Assembly (NCBI GenBank): GCA_045640185.1 | Contig: JAZUEN010000085.1 | Location: 3,525 to 67,524 of the forward strand | Direction of reading: 5' to 3' | Length of the DNA: 64,000 nucleotides | Source of the DNA: Bacteroidales bacterium | GTDB taxonomy: Bacteria; Bacteroidota; Bacteroidia; Bacteroidales; SZUA-534 | Shown: one piece after another, positions 45,548 through 54,522 of the stretch | How the letters are laid out: each line of letters starts with the position of its first letter | How positions within the stretch are numbered: position 1 is the first letter of the stretch | Made by a program: the position numbers and the translations under genes | Notes under the pieces: model-generated | Told to the model about the DNA's origin: nothing | Seen by the model: the letters and a program-made list of their open reading frames with translations, nothing else | The model's database searches: none

Positions 45548-47674
45548 ATGGAAAAACATTTCATCAAGCATAGAGATTTATTTTTTGGCATCTGCGTTTC
45601 CTCCTTATTTGTGATTTTGCCGTTCATCTGGGCCGACAAGACAATGCTTGACGCATCACTACTCCCCCGCCAAGCCGCATTGTCAATCTTTTTATTGGCA
45701 ATGACGATATTCATAATTTCCCTATCAGGTAAATTCTCCATGACATTCGGAAAGCAGGAAAAGATAATCTTTGGCGGACTACTTATATTCATGGCCATGC
45801 ACATTGTTTCATGCATAAATGTCATAAACCGCCATGAAGCAATATTCCATATTGCAAAGGAATACATGTTCTGTCTATTCTTTTTCTACATATACCTCAT
45901 TCTCAGAGAATTCAGAAAAAACCGCGATATGTTGATAAAGACGGCACTAACCGCCAGCATCGTTTTTATTGCAATTGGGTACATACAACTTGTGAAATCG
46001 GATTTCAGCGATTTCCTTGCAGCAGAAGACCACCGTTCGTACTACTTCAACTTGGTAATGGACAATGTTTTTTCAACATGTTCCAACAAGAACCTGTTTG
46101 CGTCACTATTGTTCATAACCATTCCTTTTGCCTTATACACCCTGATCAGCAATCATGAGACTAGAAAATCAGCCATCGTATGGCGAACAATATCGGCCAT
46201 AACAATTGTAGCCAATGCGACATTGATTGTCCTACTAATGTCAAGGACCGTATTTGCGTCTATATTTTTGACATTAATGGCATTTGCAGCCATTTCATAC
46301 ATATATATATTCCGCATTAGCCCGGAAAAACATGGCACAAAGGTCTCCCCAAAAGCAAAGAAGATTTGTATAGTTGCTCCTATAGTTGTTGTTTTAGCTG
46401 CCATAATTTTTGTGCAATCAACCGACACCATATTGGAGAACACCATAAAAGAACGTATCGGGCTTACTTTTAACCCCGAAAAATATGGTTACCGCGACAA
46501 CGAGCACGGTGAATCATCAACAGCGATGAGAACAATCATATGGTCAAAAACTATCGAAATGGTTAAAGACCGTCCTATAGTTGGGCACGGAATTGGCCAA
46601 TGGCAAATCATTGTTCCCAAATATGGTGTTGACGAATTCGGTGAGAAACTAAGAAACGGCAACCAGACATTCCAACGCCCACACAACGATTATCTGTGGT
46701 TCGCTTCAGAATTGGGATTAATCGGATTGATTGGATACCTGATTTTCTACATAGGAATCATCTACATCTGTATTTGCAACATAAAGGAATCAAATGACAA
46801 GGACACCATAGTATTCAACATATTAGCCGTATCGGCGCTTATTGGTTGGATGGTCGTATACAATTTAGACTTTTCCCACGAAAGAATAGAACACAACATC
46901 ATGTATCTATCAATCGCAGCCATTGCGCTGTCCGACTACCATGCGGCACGAAGTAAAGACGACAAATGCGCATCAAAAGCCGGTTCAATATTAATATTGG
47001 CCGTTTGCGCAGGAATAAGCATTATCGGGACGTACCAATCGTACCAATACTACAAAGGGGAATCAAACGGAAGGTTGATATTGGAAAGGCACTATGCCCA
47101 CAAATGGGACCAAGTCATACAGCTGACAAACGACATCCATTCGCAACCATACACATTAAACAACTTTACAACTCCGATGCCATACTACAGAGGTGTCGCT
47201 TTTTCAATGAAAGGCGACCAAGAGTCGGCAATAAAGGAATTTGACAAGTGTATGCAGATACACCCCTACTGCATACTGAATTTTTGTTCGAAAGGAATTG
47301 CCCTCATTAAATCTGGCAAATATGACGAAGCCTTGGATTGTCTCAGCAACGCGCTTGCGATGTCGCCAAGATGCACCGACGCCTTATACAATACAGCGAT
47401 TTGCCATTTCAACAAAAAGGACATCAACAACGCTTTCCTGTACATAAACAAGATTCCTTTCGACGTCAAGGATAAGTCCGCCAGCTTTTATGAAACATAT
47501 CTGATGATATACAAAAAGATGGCACTTGAGAAGAAAGACATCTACAACCGGGACAATCTTGTGTCATGGATCAACGATGACAAGAAAGTGGCTAACACCA
47601 TTAAGAAATACCAAAAGGAGAATCGCTCCGACTTGAGCGAACTGCTACTTGAAGAGCTTGGTTCAAGCAATTAG
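45548..47674 (+). CDS. O-antigen-ligase-like (Wzy_C) polytopic membrane protein fused to a C-terminal TPR domain
   Basis: About 10-12 TM helices. A large loop carries FQRPHNDYLWFASELGLIGLIGY (Wzy_C-type motif). The C-terminal ~230 aa contain TPR-like repeats (..GDQESAIKEFDKCMQIHP.., ..GKYDEALDCLSNALAMSP..). Confidence 0.7.
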   Translation: MEKHFIKHRDLFFGICVSSLFVILPFIWADKTMLDASLLPRQAALSIFLLAMTIFIISLSGKFSMTFGKQEKIIFGGLLIFMAMHIVSCINVINRHEAIFHIAKEYMFCLFFFYIYLILREFRKNRDMLIKTALTASIVFIAIGYIQLVKSDFSDFLAAEDHRSYYFNLVMDNVFSTCSNKNLFASLLFITIPFALYTLISNHETRKSAIVWRTISAITIVANATLIVLLMSRTVFASIFLTLMAFAAISYIYIFRISPEKHGTKVSPKAKKICIVAPIVVVLAAIIFVQSTDTILENTIKERIGLTFNPEKYGYRDNEHGESSTAMRTIIWSKTIEMVKDRPIVGHGIGQWQIIVPKYGVDEFGEKLRNGNQTFQRPHNDYLWFASELGLIGLIGYLIFYIGIIYICICNIKESNDKDTIVFNILAVSALIGWMVVYNLDFSHERIEHNIMYLSIAAIALSDYHAARSKDDKCASKAGSILILAVCAGISIIGTYQSYQYYKGESNGRLILERHYAHKWDQVIQLTNDIHSQPYTLNNFTTPMPYYRGVAFSMKGDQESAIKEFDKCMQIHPYCILNFCSKGIALIKSGKYDEALDCLSNALAMSPRCTDALYNTAICHFNKKDINNAFLYINKIPFDVKDKSASFYETYLMIYKKMALEKKDIYNRDNLVSWINDDKKVANTIKKYQKENRSDLSELLLEELGSSN

Positions 47675-48228
47675 AAGAGCAAGTGCTCAATCAATATCTT
47701 AACGCCAATACCAATAAGGACCACTCCGCCAACAAGCCCGAAATTGAACTTGCAAAGGTGCCGGAAACTCGCGCCCAAGTAAGCTCCGACAATTGTCAAG
47801 ACAAAAGACACCATTGCGATCAACAATGACGGCGACAATAGTGAATTGCACATTATCCCCAAATTGATTCCGACAGCAAGAGCGTCAATGCTTGTTGCCA
47901 CTGCCAGTCCGACCAATGTCTTCATATTGGTTGGATCAAAAGGTTTTGCATCTTCTTCATTGAAAGACTCCCTAATCATGTTCGCACCGATGACAAAAAG
48001 CAGCCCAAAAGCGACCCAATGGTCAAATGACTCAATATATTCAGAAAAACCACTGCCGGCCAACCACCCGGCAACCGTCATCATGCCTTGAAAACCACCG
48101 AAGAACAAAGCCATGACCAGTACATCGCGGAACCTTGGCTTTTGCAATATCAGACCTGACATTACGGACACCGCAAAACAATCCATTGCCAGCGCAACGG
48201 CAATCATTATAATATCCAACGCTTCCAT
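47671..48228 (-). CDS. mntP: manganese efflux pump MntP
   Basis: IAVALAMDCFAVS and ATSIDALAVG (duplicated DUF204 motifs). 185 aa with six TM helices. Confidence 0.9.
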   Translation of the reverse strand: MEALDIIMIAVALAMDCFAVSVMSGLILQKPRFRDVLVMALFFGGFQGMMTVAGWLAGSGFSEYIESFDHWVAFGLLFVIGANMIRESFNEEDAKPFDPTNMKTLVGLAVATSIDALAVGINLGIMCNSLLSPSLLIAMVSFVLTIVGAYLGASFRHLCKFNFGLVGGVVLIGIGVKILIEHLLF

Positions 48229-48349
48229 ATCTTATTTTTTTCGGGCCTCAAATATATAAAAACACTGTCAATGCCCAATTTATTATACATTTGCAGTCAC
48301 TTTTAAGTCACACTAATTCTGACAAAACACATCAAAACAATTCATAAAT

Positions 48350-49489
48350 ATGCGATTCACATCAGGAAACCAAGGCGGAAGGAATTACAGCAACAAGAAT
48401 TCCAAACCTTATTCATCAGAATCAAAAAGATATGATGAATCAAAATCACAGTCGAGAGGACAGCGATCAAGATTTGGCAAGCCTCACTCATCAAACGAAG
48501 AAGACGAAGACCGGCCTCGCAGAAACAGCAAATTCAGCGACAGGCAACACAAAAGGCCCGAAGGCAATGGGTCGAGCAGATTTGATGAAGGAAGAGAATT
48601 CAAACCTCGTTTCAATCAAGGGAATCGCAAGAGAAACTCAAACCACGACGAATTTGGCAACGAAGAATATTCACAACGCCCAAGGAAGGAATTCAGACAT
48701 GAAGACAACGGCAAATTCCGTCAAGGATTTGGCAACAAGGGGAAACGTCGCGAGACTTCATTCACAGAAGATGAAGGCGTAAGGCTTAACAAGTACATAG
48801 CCAATGCAGGAGTATGCAGCCGTCGTGATGCAGAGCAATACATAACAGCGGGCGTAGTAACAATCAACGGGAAAGTCGTCACTGAACTTGCGACAAAAGT
48901 GCACTATGGCGATGTCGTAAAATTCAACAATGCACCGTTAATGCCAGAAAAGAAGACTTACATCTTGTTGAACAAGCCCAAAGACTATGTGACAACAACA
49001 GATGACCCTCACGCCACAAAAACTGTCATGGACCTAATTGGCGATGCCGGCAAAAACAGAGTATACCCGGTCGGCCGTCTTGACCGTGCCACTACCGGCC
49101 TACTACTATTGACAAACGACGGCGACCTAGCCGAACACCTATGCCACCCTCGCTACAATAAGCAAAAAATCTATCAAGCCACACTCGACCATAAAATAAC
49201 ACCTGAAGACATCGAGAAACTGATAAATGGCGTTGAATTGGAAGACGGTCTTGCAAAAGCCGACGACATAGACTACTGCAACCCTGACGACCCGTGCGAA
49301 GTCGGCATCGTCATCCACTCTGGAAGAAACAGGATTGTGCGCCGCATGTTCGAATCGATCAATTACAAGGTGAAGAAACTTGACAGGGTTTACTATGCCG
49401 GGCTTACAAAGAAAAATCTGCCAAGAGGCAAATGGAGATTCCTGACAGAAAAGGAAATTGTAATGTTGAAACGTGGTACATATAATTAA
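48350..49489 (+). CDS. RsuA/RluB-family rRNA pseudouridine synthase with a ~140-aa basic low-complexity N-terminal extension
   Basis: S4 domain VRLNKYIANAGVCSRRDAEQYI, catalytic GRLDRATTGLLLLTNDG, preceded by an Arg/Lys/Ser/Asn/Glu-rich region. Confidence 0.85.
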   Translation: MRFTSGNQGGRNYSNKNSKPYSSESKRYDESKSQSRGQRSRFGKPHSSNEEDEDRPRRNSKFSDRQHKRPEGNGSSRFDEGREFKPRFNQGNRKRNSNHDEFGNEEYSQRPRKEFRHEDNGKFRQGFGNKGKRRETSFTEDEGVRLNKYIANAGVCSRRDAEQYITAGVVTINGKVVTELATKVHYGDVVKFNNAPLMPEKKTYILLNKPKDYVTTTDDPHATKTVMDLIGDAGKNRVYPVGRLDRATTGLLLLTNDGDLAEHLCHPRYNKQKIYQATLDHKITPEDIEKLINGVELEDGLAKADDIDYCNPDDPCEVGIVIHSGRNRIVRRMFESINYKVKKLDRVYYAGLTKKNLPRGKWRFLTEKEIVMLKRGTYN

Positions 49490-49569
49490 TAAAAACTGTT
49501 TTTGCAGATTTCAGATCTTTATGTACTTTTAAGCGTTACCCTAAAACCGCATAAAGATTCAACTAAAAA

Positions 49570-50073
49570 ATGAGTGAACTTGTAGAAATACTGAAATATG
49601 AAGGTGAAATCACCTTTGATAAGATAGAATACATTCTAACTCTTTTTAATCAAAACCTGCCTAACACAGTAAGCATGGTTTGCAAGACAAGGCTATTCTC
49701 CATTATGGTTGAATGCCTTGAGAATGCATATCGCCACAATTATCGGAGTCCAGAGCAAAACCCACAAATAAAAATTGAGCTGAACCAGAATGGCGACAAA
49801 ACAAGCCTAACTGTAGGAAACCTTATCAACAACAATGAACTACCTTCGTTGACAAACCGCATTGACGAGCTAAACTTGATGGATATAGCTGAAATAAAGA
49901 AGAAGTACAACGACACAATCAAGAAGACCCACATTTCGGAAAAAGGTGGAGCCGGCTTGGGTTTGCTGAAAATACTTCGAAGCACAAAAGAGCCATTAAA
50001 GTACAGTGTCACAAAAATAGACAATGACTGTTCGTTTATAAACATTACGATAACAATTACTGACAATAATTAA
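49570..50073 (+). CDS. SiaB-like GHKL-type protein kinase (RsbW/SpoIIAB-like)
   Basis: N-box-like ECLENAYRHN and G-box EKGGAGLGLLKI in a 167-aa protein. Lies directly upstream of a DUF1987 gene. Confidence 0.65.
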   Translation: MSELVEILKYEGEITFDKIEYILTLFNQNLPNTVSMVCKTRLFSIMVECLENAYRHNYRSPEQNPQIKIELNQNGDKTSLTVGNLINNNELPSLTNRIDELNLMDIAEIKKKYNDTIKKTHISEKGGAGLGLLKILRSTKEPLKYSVTKIDNDCSFINITITITDNN

Positions 50074-50079
50074 AGGCAT

Positions 50080-50481
50080 ATGGAAGCCATACACATTCAC
50101 GAGACAACCACATCTCCTGCCGTCATTTTCGACTTTGACAATGACATTTTCGAAATAACAGGATGCTCACGCCCAGAAGATGTAGTCGCTTTTTACGGCC
50201 AACTTGTCGATTGGCTTATCAACCTGAAAGACAACGTAACAGACGACCTGAAAATAGAGAGAGCAAACAAGCCTCTGGTATTTAAGCTATGCTACAACTA
50301 TTTCAACTCATCATCTGCAAAATACATTTTGGACATAATCCTGCTCATCGACGGACTATATAAGAAAGGGCTAAATGTCGTTATCGAATGGCAATACAAA
50401 AAAGACGATGACGACATGCTTGAAACTGGTGAAGAATTTACCGACCTGATCACATGTCCGCTGAAATTCATCGCCATATAG
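50080..50481 (+). CDS. DUF1987 / SiaC-like regulatory phosphoprotein
   Basis: TSPAVIFDFDNDIFEITGCSRPEDVVAFYGQLVDWL and ..YFNSSSAKYILDIILLI.. fit the DUF1987 pattern. 133 aa, starting 6 nt after the kinase gene. Confidence 0.7.
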   Translation: MEAIHIHETTTSPAVIFDFDNDIFEITGCSRPEDVVAFYGQLVDWLINLKDNVTDDLKIERANKPLVFKLCYNYFNSSSAKYILDIILLIDGLYKKGLNVVIEWQYKKDDDDMLETGEEFTDLITCPLKFIAI

Positions 50482-50523
50482 CCGACAGAGGCAACCATAC
50501 TAACACAGATTAACTGAGTAAGA

Positions 50524-51063
50524 ATGCCTGCAATAAAACCATTTAACAGCATAATGCCCAATATTGCAAAGAATTGCTTCATTGCAGAGAATGCCACCAT
50601 TATCGGCCAAGTCACCATTGGCGACAATTGCAGCATATGGTATGGTTGTGTCTTGAGAGGCGATGCCGGCTCAATAAAGATTGGCAAATGCACAAATATA
50701 CAAGATGGTGCTGTAATCCATTGCTCTGAAGGAAAATCGGAGACCGACATTGGCGACAACGTCACAATTGGCCATAACGCCATAGTCCATGGCGCCACCA
50801 TTAAAGACAATGTGCTTATCGGCATGGGGGCAACCATATTGGATAACGCCATTGTCAACGAGAACACCATAATCGGTGCAAACGCACTTGTTCCTGGCAA
50901 TTTAGAACTGGAGCCAAACAGCATCTACGCAGGTGTGCCAGCCAAAAAGGTAAAAGTCCTGCCACAAAATTACGACATGATAAAAGAGTCCGCCTTACAT
51001 TACTGCGAACTTAAAGACAAATACATGGAGCATAAGCGCGAATGGATCAGCTCTGCGAAATGA
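50524..51063 (+). CDS. gamma-carbonic-anhydrase-like / hexapeptide-repeat (YrdA/PaaY-like) protein
   Basis: Left-handed beta-helix hexapeptide repeats (IGDNCSIWYGCVLRGD..IGKCTNIQDGAVIH..IGHNAIVHGATI). Confidence 0.85.
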   Translation: MPAIKPFNSIMPNIAKNCFIAENATIIGQVTIGDNCSIWYGCVLRGDAGSIKIGKCTNIQDGAVIHCSEGKSETDIGDNVTIGHNAIVHGATIKDNVLIGMGATILDNAIVNENTIIGANALVPGNLELEPNSIYAGVPAKKVKVLPQNYDMIKESALHYCELKDKYMEHKREWISSAK

Positions 51064-51069
51064 GAATCG

Positions 51070-52479
51070 CTAAGCGACAGGTGTCAGCCCCATCTCCTTG
51101 CCTTTCTGCAACATAAACGCATAAGCCGCCTCATATGTGTTTTCTATGACGCCATCAAGAATGGCGTCTTTTATGGCGTTCTTGATGTTTCCAATTGCAG
51201 GACAAGGTGGCAACGCAAAGGTGGCTATTATCTCCTCGCCTGATATTGGCGGTTGCCAATTACGCACGCGGTCTTTCTCTTCGACCTCGACTAGTTTTCG
51301 GCGCACCAATTGATAATTGTCAAGAAAGCGCAAGACTTTTTCTGGATTTTTTGATGTGATGTCGGCATCACAAAGGAGCATCAAGTCGTCTATGTCATCA
51401 CCGGCCTCAAAGAGCAAACGACGCACTGCGCTGTCAGTTACAATATCCTCGACCAGGACAATTGGACGCATGTGAAGCATAACCAGTTTCTGGACATACT
51501 TCATCTTCTCGTTCATTGGCAACTTCATATTCTTGAAAATGCCGGGAATCATTTTTCCTCCAACGAACTCATGTCCGTGGAATGTCCATCCAAGCCCCTT
51601 TACATAGCGTTTTGTCACCGGTTTGCCTATGTCGTGCAAAAGGGCAGCCCAGCGGAGCCACAAATCGGCAGAATGTTCGCAAATGTTATCAAGGACTTCC
51701 ATCGTATGGTAAAAATTGTCCTTATGCTTGCATCCATCAACTACATCAACACCTTTCAGCGCTTCCAATTGAGGGAAAACCAGTTCAAGCAACCCGACCT
51801 TTTGCAACAGTTTTATGCCCACGGAAGGCTTGTTTGACTGCATTATCTTGTTGAATTCCTCTGAAACCCGCTCCATTGATATAATCTTGATGCGTTCCTT
51901 GTTGCGGGCAATTGCCTCGAAAGACTCATCAGTTATGCGGAAATCCAGTTGAGTTGCAAACCTGATTGCCCTCAACATACGTAAAGGGTCATCAGAATAA
52001 GTTGTGTCAGGCTCAAGAGGCGTGCGTATTATCCTATTCTGCAAATCCGACATTCCGTCGAACGGATCGACAAGCTGTCCGAACCTATCGGGATGCAAAT
52101 CGATTGCCAACGCGTTTATAGTGAAATCACGCCTGCGCTGATCATCTTCCAACGTGCCATCCTCGACAATCGGTTTGCGAGAATTTCGATTGTACGACTC
52201 CTTTCGCGCTCCGACAAATTCCACATCAACTCCACGATAGCGGAACATTGCCGTTCCGAAATTGCGATAGACAGTAACCTTGGGCGATTTCAGCAGCCGG
52301 GAAGCCGTTTCTTGTGCCAGCTCAATTCCGCTGCCAAGCGTAACCACATCAATATCCTTCGATGGCCGGCCAAGTATTTTGTCTCTGACAAAGCCACCTA
52401 TGACGAACGCCCGCTGATTGCGTTCACCCAATATCTGTGAAATAGTCTTGAATATTATATTATTGAGATGTTCTTTCAT
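51070..52479 (-). CDS. CCA-adding / poly(A) polymerase-family tRNA nucleotidyltransferase with HD domain
   Basis: [19 protein letters not shown] (nucleotidyltransferase head), RRDFTINA, and LLHDIGKP (HD). Confidence 0.85.
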   Translation of the reverse strand: MKEHLNNIIFKTISQILGERNQRAFVIGGFVRDKILGRPSKDIDVVTLGSGIELAQETASRLLKSPKVTVYRNFGTAMFRYRGVDVEFVGARKESYNRNSRKPIVEDGTLEDDQRRRDFTINALAIDLHPDRFGQLVDPFDGMSDLQNRIIRTPLEPDTTYSDDPLRMLRAIRFATQLDFRITDESFEAIARNKERIKIISMERVSEEFNKIMQSNKPSVGIKLLQKVGLLELVFPQLEALKGVDVVDGCKHKDNFYHTMEVLDNICEHSADLWLRWAALLHDIGKPVTKRYVKGLGWTFHGHEFVGGKMIPGIFKNMKLPMNEKMKYVQKLVMLHMRPIVLVEDIVTDSAVRRLLFEAGDDIDDLMLLCDADITSKNPEKVLRFLDNYQLVRRKLVEVEEKDRVRNWQPPISGEEIIATFALPPCPAIGNIKNAIKDAILDGVIENTYEAAYAFMLQKGKEMGLTPVA

Positions 52480-52549
52480 CTAAAAGCTATTGTACGGCAA
52501 AGAATTTCATTTCCTTTGACAGGGAAAGAATACCCTTGGCTTCGCGTCG

Positions 52550-52557
52550 CAAAAGTA
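52550..52557 (-). promoter_or_regulatory. candidate -7 promoter element (TActTTTG) upstream of the CCA/HD gene
   Basis: The minus strand reads TACTTTTG about 70 nt upstream of the ATG at 52479. Confidence 0.35.
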
Positions 52558-52649
52558 CAATTATTCGTATATGAATAGCAGTGTTTTAAACTTTTTAGCA
52601 AGATTGACATTTGCCTCAATCGACAAAAAACATTCTAACCGTTACATTT

Positions 52650-53279
52650 CTATAGTTTAGACTTCACCCGATTCACAAAATCAATTATGGAATCGACCGT
52701 ACCCTGCACCCCTAAACGCGACACGCTAAGCGACATATCGTACGTTTCCGCCTGTCCCCATACTTTGTTGGAATAATAATTATAGTAAGTTGCCCTACGC
52801 TTGTCGTTCCGTTCTATCAGCGCGACCGCCCTACTCGACTCAATAGGCATACGGGCGCATACTCGCCTTACGCGGTCTTCCATGTCAGCATGGAGGAAAA
52901 CGCTAATGCAGTTTGGATGGTCGCGAAGTATATAATCAGAACAACGCCCGACAATTACACAGCTGCGCTCATCAGCAAGTTTGCGGATAACGTCGCTCTG
53001 CACCTTAAACAGATTATCATCGGACATGAGATTGTCAGACGGATTCAGACCAGACATAAATTCACCGAACGACTGGAATATGTTTTTTGACCGAGGTTGC
53101 TCGTCTACAGCCTCAAAGACTTCTGGCTCGAAGCCGATTTCCTTTGCCGCCAACGCAAGCAATTCCTTATCGAAGTAATCGTAGTTCAACTCTTCAGCAA
53201 GCCGTTGACCGACAACTCGTCCGCCACAACCAAACTGACGGCCTATGCTGATTATTATTTTCTCATCGCTCATATTCAT
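52650..53279 (-). CDS. cytidylate-kinase-like family protein
   Basis: ATG at 53279 (MNMSDEKIIISIGRQFGCGGRVVGQRLAEEL..). The GxGG P-loop-like start is typical of this family. Confidence 0.7.
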   Translation of the reverse strand: MNMSDEKIIISIGRQFGCGGRVVGQRLAEELNYDYFDKELLALAAKEIGFEPEVFEAVDEQPRSKNIFQSFGEFMSGLNPSDNLMSDDNLFKVQSDVIRKLADERSCVIVGRCSDYILRDHPNCISVFLHADMEDRVRRVCARMPIESSRAVALIERNDKRRATYYNYYSNKVWGQAETYDMSLSVSRLGVQGTVDSIIDFVNRVKSKL

Positions 53280-53367
53280 TTCTTTTTTCACAAGACACAC
53301 GCCTCGTAAAACCATAAGGCAATTTACAAAACAGGCAGGAACCTTAGCCCTGCCTGCCAGTTTTTTT

Positions 53368-54099
53368 TTATTCGAACAATCTCAAATTCAACTTTTCCAT
53401 TTCCGCCTCAAGCTTCTCATGCTTACGGAAAACATACGAGACTCCATATTCGGCCGCCTTTTCCCTTTTCAACACAGGCGGATTGTCGCTAAAATGATCT
53501 TCTATTTCATTCCAAAGATTGAGGATTATACGGTCAGCCTTGACACGCAACTCCGATATTTTGGCAAGAGCCTTTGAATTCGAATCCTGAAGCCCCTTTT
53601 GGGAGATGTTCAATCGGACAAAATCCTCGTAATGAACCTTGACACGCGCAATGGTCGGATTTGTGACAGGTGTCAGCCCTTCGAATATACGCTTCTGCTC
53701 ACCATCGATCAATTTCTTGCCCCACAGAATGACATCATTTTCCGTATTCAACTGTGGTAATTTTGTCTCATCTTCAGGCAAATCGAAATACTTGCGAGTG
53801 TCAGGCTTCATTTCGCCTCTGGCAATGGCGAAGTTCAGCACTTGGATAAAATGAGAGATATAAAGGCGGGACTTTCTGAAACTTTCCTGATGTTGCTTGT
53901 TCTTTGATGTCTGCCGCTCAAACACATCACGTTGCATCATTATTGCCTGTTCAAATTCCGGCAAAAAATAACGAAGCTCCTGAAGCGTCGATGCACTATA
54001 TGGCAAATCCATAGGCAAGGCGTTCACTGACTTTTCCAAAGCACTTTGCATTGCTCGCAAACGAGCACTATCCGTATTCGGTAATCTTCTGTATGGCAT
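53368..54099 (-). CDS. hypothetical protein (243 aa, helical)
   Basis: The ATG at 54099 (MPYRRLPNTDSARLRAMQ..) is preferred because the upstream part of the track ORF is AT-rich, Ile/Asn/Phe-rich junk. No family recognised. Confidence 0.55.
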   Translation of the reverse strand: MPYRRLPNTDSARLRAMQSALEKSVNALPMDLPYSASTLQELRYFLPEFEQAIMMQRDVFERQTSKNKQHQESFRKSRLYISHFIQVLNFAIARGEMKPDTRKYFDLPEDETKLPQLNTENDVILWGKKLIDGEQKRIFEGLTPVTNPTIARVKVHYEDFVRLNISQKGLQDSNSKALAKISELRVKADRIILNLWNEIEDHFSDNPPVLKREKAAEYGVSYVFRKHEKLEAEMEKLNLRLFE

Positions 54100-54522
54100 A
54101 ATTATGTTATGTATTGAAAAACGGCACGAATATAGGACAATTCTATTACGAACGCAAGTATTCGCAGAAAATATTTTTCTTATTTCCAGAATGTTATAAA
54201 AAAGCAAATTATTAACACAAAATAAACGGCCAATAATCAACAGAAAATAAACGTATTATAAACATGCAATGAATAGTTGTCAACAATGTAATAAACAAAA
54301 TTCTGTTTACAACTTTACGTTACAAAAAGCGATAATACTTTTATGTAAAAAGACGAGAGGTTCTTTGGTGGCACAAAAAAAACGCGCACAATGCGTCCGC
54401 GTCTACATTTTTGGATTGTTTTCGGGATAAGAGAATGAGACAACAATTTCACGCCAATGGCCGAACAGCCATCGACAAATCGCTTATATAAGTCAGAGAA
54501 AATCTTTATCGGCGTGGATTCG

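Noticed and set aside
48229-48349. Possible yybP-ykoY (Mn) riboswitch upstream of mntP.
   Set aside because: The spacer is only ~120 nt and shared with the divergent rluB-like promoter. Neither strand shows the conserved GGAGAGTAG-type core.
50298-50924. 208-aa minus-strand ORF spanning the DUF1987 3' end and the hexapeptide-repeat gene.
   Set aside because: It is the antisense frame of a repetitive beta-helix gene, with low-complexity Ser/Met/Pro content and no start context.
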